A DNA stretch of 64,000 bases from the human T2T-CHM13v2.0 reference genome, Homo sapiens: assembly GCF_009914755.1 (NCBI RefSeq), contig NC_060927.1. One strand, 5' to 3'. Below are positions 55,050-64,000 of this stretch, piece by piece. The notes under the pieces are model-generated. The model worked only from the letters and a program-made list of their open reading frames with translations. It had not been told where the DNA came from and did not search any database. The position numbers were made by a program, and so were the translations under genes. Positions within the stretch are counted from its first letter, which is position 1. Each line of letters opens with the position of its first letter.

Positions 55050-55360
55050 GGCTGGGCACAGTGGCTCACGTCTGTTATCCCAGCACTTTGGGAGACTAAG
55101 GCAGGAGGATTACTTGAGCTCAGGAGTTCCAGACCAGCCTGGGCAAAACATAGTGAAATCCTGTCTCTAAAAAAAATTTAAAAAATTAGCTGGGCATAGT
55201 GGCACACGCCTGTAGTCCCAGCTTCTCAGGAGGCTGAGGCAGAAGGATTTCTTGAGGCCATGAGTTCAAGGTAACAGTGAGCTATGATCACACCACTGTA
55301 CTCCAGCCTGGGCAACAGAGTGAGACCCTGTTTCAGACAAAACAACAACAAGAACAACAA
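55050..55360 (+). mobile_element. Alu (J-like)
   Basis: Sense dimer with (CAA)n tail. Confidence 0.9.
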
Positions 55361-57219
55361 AACAGATAAGCACCTTGTGACTCTTACCAAGAAAAACAGA
55401 AAGAGAAGGAAAAATGGAAACACTTCATGATTTGAGTAGAAAATAAACTAGAACACATCCAGGGAAAATATACTTTATCAGAATCTCAAGACTGTTGACA
55501 ATTTCCTCTTTGTGGATTTACACTCTGGATGAAATGACCTTTTTCTATGAAACAGAAATCATTTAAACAAATTTAAAGAGTGACAGAAAGCCCGACAAGT
55601 CCAATAACTATGGGTGAAACAACTTAAAATATTCCCCAAGAGCAACCACTCAAAGGAAAACAGGCTTATGTGGTTTCACAGGCAACTGCTATCCAGCGTT
55701 CAAGAAGGAGATAATTTGTGTTATTTCAAATGTTCCAGAACATGAACAAATATTTTTCAAGTGAAGCATCGTCCTGATACTATCACTTGACAAAGGGGTG
55801 TCTTTCTCTCTACATACCTTAAAGTGGAGCCCAGCGTCCCTGGAGGAAAAAGTAAAAAGGTTGTGTGCATTGTGCTGTGTGGACTGTGCCACGTGGTACC
55901 ATTTGTTCCCCGGGCCCAGACCTTTCTTAAGCCCAGTGTTATCCATGTCTGGCCCAGAGCCCAGCATACGGTGTCTGTTGAGTGAATAAATAAATTAAAG
56001 TGTGCTCCACAAAAAGATATTATGAATCTGAATCCAACAGATGAATGAAACAAAAGTACACCATAAGCAGGGAGGAATGATCTTGGAATGCAGGGCGCAT
56101 GGACATGAGGAATCTGTTTAGGGAACAGACTCTGCATCCTGAGTTAGAGCAGAGAGTCAGAAAACATGTGTATAAAGGAGAATGTTCTTTCCTGAAATCA
56201 AATGCTGTGGTCAAACAGAAAGGAATGGCTCTCCCCTCAACAGATGACAGGCCAAATCACCACCATGGCATGCTTCAGGGTGAAGTGTAAGAAGCACTTC
56301 CCATCAAAGTGGGCAGCAAGAGAAAACACAGCCATGACTCTAGGTTGTTTTGGGGAGAGAGGGGGACTCAAAACAATAAAAAAGTAAAACACAAATAAAA
56401 GAGGTGAAATCGTTACTAATTACAACTCATATGAGCATAGGCCTAGAAAGCTCAAGAGTCCACTAAAAATTCTTCGATATAATAAAAGAGTCAAGCAAGC
56501 TGAACTCCCAGATATCTTCAACAAGAGGGGGAGTCTGGAGGATGGAAATGAAGAAAGCAAAAATGCAGGAAGTCTCTGGCCCCCTGCTAAGGAGGCTGTA
56601 GACACTGATTAACTACGTGACAATTCAATTTTAAATATATATGTGGAAAATACAAGGTGACCAATAGCAGAAGGAAATGTACATACGTAACTTCTAAACC
56701 GCTAGAGGATAAAAGTAGAGTGAAGAAAAAAAAATCAAACCAAAATGTAAGGTGAGGGAACAAAAAAAATCCCCAGTCTTCTTGGTAAATAGATTAAAGA
56801 ACAATCTCTCAGATGTGTTGAAAAATAATAGCATCCAGCTTTGTATTGTTTACAAGAGATACACCTAAAACTAAATGACACACTGTCTCATGGGAAATAA
56901 TAATTTTTCTGGAATACGGTTCTGAATATTTGCAATTACACAAAAGAAAGAAATAAGAGGAAGACTTACAGGATTTTATTTTAGGAAAGAACGCTCAGCT
57001 TTATAAATGTGTTTTCTGACTGTATGCTCTAACTCAATGTGCAGTCGATTCCCTGAACAGATTCTTCACGTCATGCACATACACATTGGCAGGTGATGTG
57101 TCTGTGGTCCACTCAATTGAAGAGAATCAGCTAGGTCCAGGAAGGTTGCTTATTACAAAGTAAATACACAAAAATCTAAAATAAAAAAACAGAAAATACA
57201 ACAAAAGAAAATATACCAG

Positions 57220-57509
<290 letters not shown>

Positions 57510-58091
57510 TTAATTAATTAAAAATATATATACACCACTCACAATAAGGACATAATATATAACATTTAGGAATAGACTCAGGAAGCAGCATGCAGTAAAT
57601 ACATGGAGAAAGCTACAAACTCCTGCTCTATAGACATAAAGAAATAGTGCAAAATAAAAAGTCTTTATTTCCCTAAAAGGATCTATCAATTTCCACCAAA
57701 ATCCCCATGTGACTTTCTTTTTGACAACTTTATTCTAAGACTGTGAAAAGGAACGTGGGAGAACAGCAGGTAAATTCTTTAAAAGATGGAGAATGAAGGA
57801 GGACTTGCATTACCACATAAAAAAGAATTCTAAAGCTACAATAATTTTCAGAGTGGTGGCAGCATAGAGATGTAAATGGTAGGAAGACAACAAAATAGGG
57901 TGGGAATTTAGAATACAATAAAGGGGGCATTTCTAATTCATAGCCAAAAAAACAAGTATTCAACAAAATATTTTTATATAACAGGCTACCCATTTGGAGA
58001 AAAATAATACTGAACTTCCTCTCTCAATCATCCAGATGAATCAAAATTTAAAGTATTTAAAGAAAAGAATTAGAAAATGATGAGTAAATAA

Positions 58092-58430
<339 letters not shown>

Positions 58431-60094
58431 AAGATAGGAAAAAAAAACCTAAAATCATGGAGGAAAATAACGATAGATACAAACACATAAAAATTTTACA
58501 TAACCTTATGGGAAAAAAAACCTACACCAGAAAAAAAGGGTAAATGAGGTACAAATAGGGTAAAATATTGTAAAGCATTTTACAATGGGTTAAAACTTCC
58601 AGTAACCCAAAGTTTTGGGGTAAATTTGTATTCTGAAATAATTTGAGACTTTCAGAAAAGTTGCAAGTATAATATTTTACCCAGATTCACTAATTTTGAT
58701 GTTTTACCATATGTTTTATGTCTCCAAATGTATGTATACATATACACATATATATATAAATGCTTATGAGCCATTTGAAATTAAGCTGAAAGAGACATAA
58801 TGCTCCTTTACCACTAGTTACTACAGAATAGAATATCCAGAGTTTTTGTAAATCAACAAAAACAAAAGTAGTTTAATAGAAGAACATGGGCAAAGGACGT
58901 GGAAAAGTGTAAATGGTACATTAAATGAAGCAAGCATTTTATTTGGACTTCCTTTGTTCTTTTAAAATTGATTTAGAAGGTGAGGTTTTTTCCTTGACCC
59001 CTGGTAAAAACTTGGGCAGAACCAGAACATTTTGCCCACTGTGGTTAACGTAATCGTAATTGCCATGATTATACCAAGTGTCATATGAACATCTCACTTC
59101 AGAAATCAGAATATTCATTTCCATATAATAATCACAATGTTAGACTTGATTTAAAGTAAAACTCCCCATTGCCATCAGGGCTTTAGCAAGTAGGAGGCTT
59201 CCCTCCCTGTAGCTTCCACTCCTCCTACCCCATCTTACTAACCTGATCTTCCTAACCTGCCAAGGTAACAGCAGCAGAGTGAGAGGGAAAGAACTGTCTT
59301 AACCGCCCCCACCCCTCCCCTCCAGGCCACTGTGAGCTCTCTGAGCCTGGAGGGATTTAGAGCTGACTCTCCCCCTACCTTGAGGGGTACGCATCAGGCT
59401 TTCTGAGTGATCCTGCGGGTACCACTCCCAGTAGACTTGCAGTGTGGAACGGGCACCCCCAGCCTGCTCATCCCTATCCCCTTAAAGGGAGAAAGGTGAG
59501 CTCATAGATGCAGTTCTCTCCAGAGAAATTCTCCTCACAAAATCACCTCCAACCCTACCCTCTGGACCCTTTGATACAGACATGTAGCCAAATATCAGTC
59601 ACACAACTCTTTGAATTCTGATACTTATTGTATTTTGATATCTTTATTGAAACTTCCTACTTATCCTATTAAACAAGCAATTTACAGAATTTCTCAATGT
59701 CATGAAATAACAACAAAAATATGATACAAGTTTTAGTCTACCAAAAAGACAAAAGTTAAAATAAAAATAATACCTAGTTCTGGTGATGATGCAGGAAAAG
59801 TCATTTATCTACTGTTGGTGTTAATATAAATGGATCAAATCTTTGGGAGGCTAATTTGCAAATATCTATTGAAATTTTAAATATATATACAACTGATTTT
59901 GTAATTACACTTCTAAAAAATTATTGTAGCTAAATGTTTGAACAAATGTGAAAAGGTATTCAATTTTTTTTTATTCTGGTATAGTAAAAAAATACTGAAA
60001 TGAGCTCAAATATCTGTCAATAGAAGAATGGTTAAGTAGATTGTGGCATAGCCATATGAGAAAATTATTATTCAAGGAAGATGGAATATATTTA

Positions 60095-60495
<401 letters not shown>

Positions 60496-62291
60496 AAAAA
60501 TCAAAACCAGAAAAAAAAAAAAACTAATGTAGAATTTTATATGTATAGAAAGACATGTTAGGAATATAAACCAAACAATTTAGTGTAGAAATTTCTAGGT
60601 AGTTTGATTATAGGAGAGTCTCATTTTCTAATTTTGCACTTACGTATTACTTTTTAAACAAAATGTGTGCTTTTTTTTCAAAATCACAGAACATATTTTA
60701 AAATAAACTAGTGATGATGGAATCACAACAGTGAAAATTTAAGAGATGAATTTAAAGTTCAAATCAAAACTGATTTTATGATCTTAAATTCTTTAAACAC
60801 AAAACTAGAAAGAGTAAACCTTCTCAGCATATTCCATATAATTGATACCACTTTAGAACTAATTTTAAGACAAGGAAACTGAGCTGGAAATCAATAACAA
60901 CAACAAAAAAACCATGCATAGGTCAAAATAAAATCAAAATAGAAATTTTATAAAATATTGTGGCATGAAACTAAAGCCATACTTAGAGGGAAATATGTAG
61001 CCTCAAAAATTTGTATTGAGAAGGAAGAAAGAACAAAAATAAATTATGTAAGTGTCCAACTGAAAAAAACTATCCCTTGTGTTTACACAACCTTGATATA
61101 TGAGAGAGGTAGTGACAGCCAGTGCAGGAAATGACTTTTTCAATAAATAGCATTAGGAAAATTGGTAGTCCACATGAGAAGATAAATAAAAATAGATTCC
61201 TATCTTACACCATTCCCAAAATGAATGCCACATGGTTTCAATACGTGAAAACCGTAATTTCCAAATTCTGAGGAAAAAAATATAGGAGAATGTCTTTATG
61301 ACCTTGGGAAAAGGAATGATTAAATAAGACACAAAAAGCATAAATCAGAGACATGATATATTTGACTAAAATGAAACCTAAATTGCTGTTCAGCAAAGTA
61401 CAGTACAAACATAATAAAAAGATACATGGGAAACTGGGAGAAGATTTTGCAGTATACACAATGAACATAGAACTTGTATCCAGAATATTAAAAAATAAAA
61501 AAAGAAAAAGGAAAACAATAGTAAAATATCCAAAGTATATGAATAAGTGCTCATAGAAGAGGAATCACAAATGGTGAATTAACATGTGAACTGCACAACC
61601 GCATTAGTAACTGGGGACGTGCACATTACAACCGCAACGGGTGCTATTTCCCGTCCATTGGAATGGAAAACATTTTATAGTCTGACAATACCAAACGCTG
61701 GCAAGAAATGGAGCAAGGAACTCTCAAATACTACTGTTAGAATATAAATTAATACGATCACTTTGGAAAACAATTTGACCATGACTATTAAAGATGAAGG
61801 TAAACATAGCCTATGACCCAGCACTCCTGTGCAGATACATCTTGCTGAGAAATTGTGGAACATGTAAATAGGGAGGTGTGTGTGAGAATACTTAGAGTAG
61901 CAGCAGAGTTTCTGATATGAAAAAATTGGAAACTCCCTCAATGTTAATAAACAAGAGCTTGGGTAAATTGCGGCATATTCACAAAAGAGAATATTGTAGA
62001 GCATTTAATGCATAAAACCTGCACGTATCCATATGAATAAATCTCAAAACCAATGTTGAATAGAAGGTGCAAGTGGCAGGTGGCAGAAGTATTCATTCTG
62101 TGCTGGCAGAATGAATGTCACTTATGCAAAACAGGTTCTGCCCGCACATGGCCCACATCTGGGCATGTAGCTGATGCCCAGAAGTGGTAAACTAACCTGA
62201 GAAGGACTGCCATCACTACCTTCACTGTGGACAGGGACAAGAGTATTTTACCCTTATTTTACAGGCTAAATGGAAGCCCAGGGGAAGGAGA

Positions 62292-62812
62292 TTTTCTTTT
62301 CTTTTCTTTTCTTTTCTTTTTTCTTTTCTTTTTTTATTTTACTTTAAGTTTCGGATACATGTGCAGAACGTGCAGGTTTGTTACATAGGTATGGTGTGCC
62401 ATGGTGGTTTGCTGCACCTATCAACCCATGATCTAGGTTTTAAGCCCTACATGCATTAGGTATTTGTCCTAATGCTCTCCCTCCCCTTGCCCCCTACCCT
62501 CCGACAGACCTTGGTGTGTGTTGTTCCCCTCCCTGTGTCCATGTGTTCTCATTGTGCAACTCCCACTTATGAGTGAGAACATACGGTGGTTAGGTTTTCT
62601 GTTCCTGTGTTAGTTTGCTGAAGATCATGGCTTCCAGCTTTATCCATGTCCCTGCAAAGGACACAATCTCATTCTTTTTATGGCTGCATAGTATTCCATG
62701 GTGTATATGTACTACGTTTTCTTTATCCAGTCTATCATTGATGGGGCTATTTAGGTTGGTTCTATGTCTTTGCTATTGTAAATAGTGCTGCAATAAACAT
62801 ACGTGGCATGTG
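62292..62812 (-). mobile_element. L1PA-type 3' end, antisense on + strand
   Basis: (TTTTC)n tail then tactttaagtt...catgtgcagaacgtgcaggtttgttacatagg...tatggctgcatagtattccatggtgtatatgt. Confidence 0.93.
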
Positions 62813-62814
62813 TC

Positions 62815-62905
62815 TTTTTTTTTTTTTGAGACAGTCTCACTCTGTCACCCAGGCTGGAGTGCAGTAGCACAGTCTCGGCTCACTGCAACCTCCACCTCTT
62901 GGTTC
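62815..62905 (-). mobile_element. Alu right-arm 3' fragment (~90 bp) abutting the PRSS46P exon
   Basis: Minus strand reads GAACCAAGAGGTGGAGGTTGCAGTGAGCCGAGACTGTGCTACTGCACTCCAGCCTGGGTGACAGAGTGAGACTGTCTCAAAA. Confidence 0.92.
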
Positions 62906-63720
62906 CTCCTGAAGACTGTAGGGGGTACTTGGGGTCACTGAGGAAACAGAGAGCCAGCCTTGTCATCCCCTCTGCTTTTCGGCACATCCCCATCACAGAG
63001 TTGTCCACGTTTGCTAAGGTGGGAGGGAGGGCCATTTCCTGGGATGGTGATTGATAAAGGCCCCAGCCCACAGCCTAACTTTTGAAACAGCCCAGCTCAT
63101 TAAAAAAGACTACACAAAAGTGTCCCAAGGGGCTTGGAGTGATATCCAGGCACCAAAGGACAAATAGGACAAGAGGGGATTTCTCCAGGAATTCAGGTTC
63201 CATGAGGGTGAAGAGTTCAGTTCTGCCCCATGGCCACCGGCAAGGTGCCAAGACCCTAGAGCCCCAAGACGGCACCCCCTGGAAAGCAGGCCCCCACAAA
63301 GCCTCCCAGATTCTAGGACCCAAGGAGAGCACCAACAGGGGCCGGACCTCCAGGAATTTGGGGGTACCTCAGGATAACCAGTACACAAGATGGATAGAGA
63401 AACCTCAATACCTCAGTATGTCCTGAGATCGTGGCCCTCATGCCATTAATGGGAACTCCATTAATAACCAAGAATTCACTTCCTGCCATGCTGCAGGGTA
63501 AGCACTTGGCATTTCATTTAACTTCACTTTGGGAACTGAGGTCCATGCAGGTCACATGTGTCTTTTACACTAGAGCACTGGGTACATCTTTGTATTAAGA
63601 GGTCAGGAAATGTTTGCTGCCTGAGTGAATGAGTGAATAAAGGAATGAATGAAGGAGCCCGTGATGGGGCTGTGTTCTGAGGAGGCGAGTGTCTTGTAAC
63701 CTCTGCCAGCCTTCACTCAC

Positions 63721-63980
63721 CTTTTTTCCCTGTAGTTCCCCAGCCGATTACCCAGCACATGCTTCCAATGGATGGCTTGAATTTGATGTTAGGGAGGCAG
63801 ACAGGCTGGACGAAGGGGGACCACGAGATGGAGTCCCTGAGCTTTAGGAGGGCAATGTCCTGAGACATGAGATTGCTGAAATCCTTATGAATCACCATGC
63901 GAGTGAGCGGGAGCTGAGTGCTATTTTCTGGGCGCTGGTGGACTCCCACCATCACGGAGTACAGGCTGAGGTCCTTGAAT
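63721..63980 (-). pseudogene. PRSS46P: PRSS46P exon with catalytic Asp motif
   Basis: Acceptor at 63981-63982, donor G|GTGAGT at 63720; open frame containing DIALLKL. Confidence 0.9.
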
Positions 63981-64000
63981 CTGCAGGACCATGGGTAGGA

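Overview
Human (primate) genomic DNA. The gene order ALS2CL(-), TMIE(+), PRSS50/TSP50(-), PRSS46P(-) matches chromosome 3p21.3. I rebuilt three complete spliced CDSs from GT-AG boundaries and phase: ALS2CL (25 coding exons, 2862 nt, 953 aa), TMIE (4 exons, 468 nt, 155 aa, 8-Lys allele) and PRSS50 (6 exons, 1158 nt, 385 aa, Thr at the catalytic Ser position). The 3' half of PRSS46P is also present, and its lesion is visible: the penultimate protease exon breaks off after about 11 codons into an Alu fragment plus an L1 3' end, leaving an intact terminal exon orphaned. Other features are three CpG-island promoters, a 26-28 bp VNTR in TMIE intron 1, a MER21-type LTR, many Alus, and an AT/L1-rich block at about 50.4-62.8 kb. 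Almost all ORFs in the supplied track are spurious GC-rich, Alu-derived or exon read-through frames. I found no evidence of a wholly new gene system. The best new leads are regulatory or evolutionary: an RFX X-box plus a POU4F-like element upstream of TMIE, clustered CTCF/BORIS-like motifs at PRSS50, the Alu-associated PRSS46P break, and a 35-bp direct repeat flanking the first ALS2CL coding exons.
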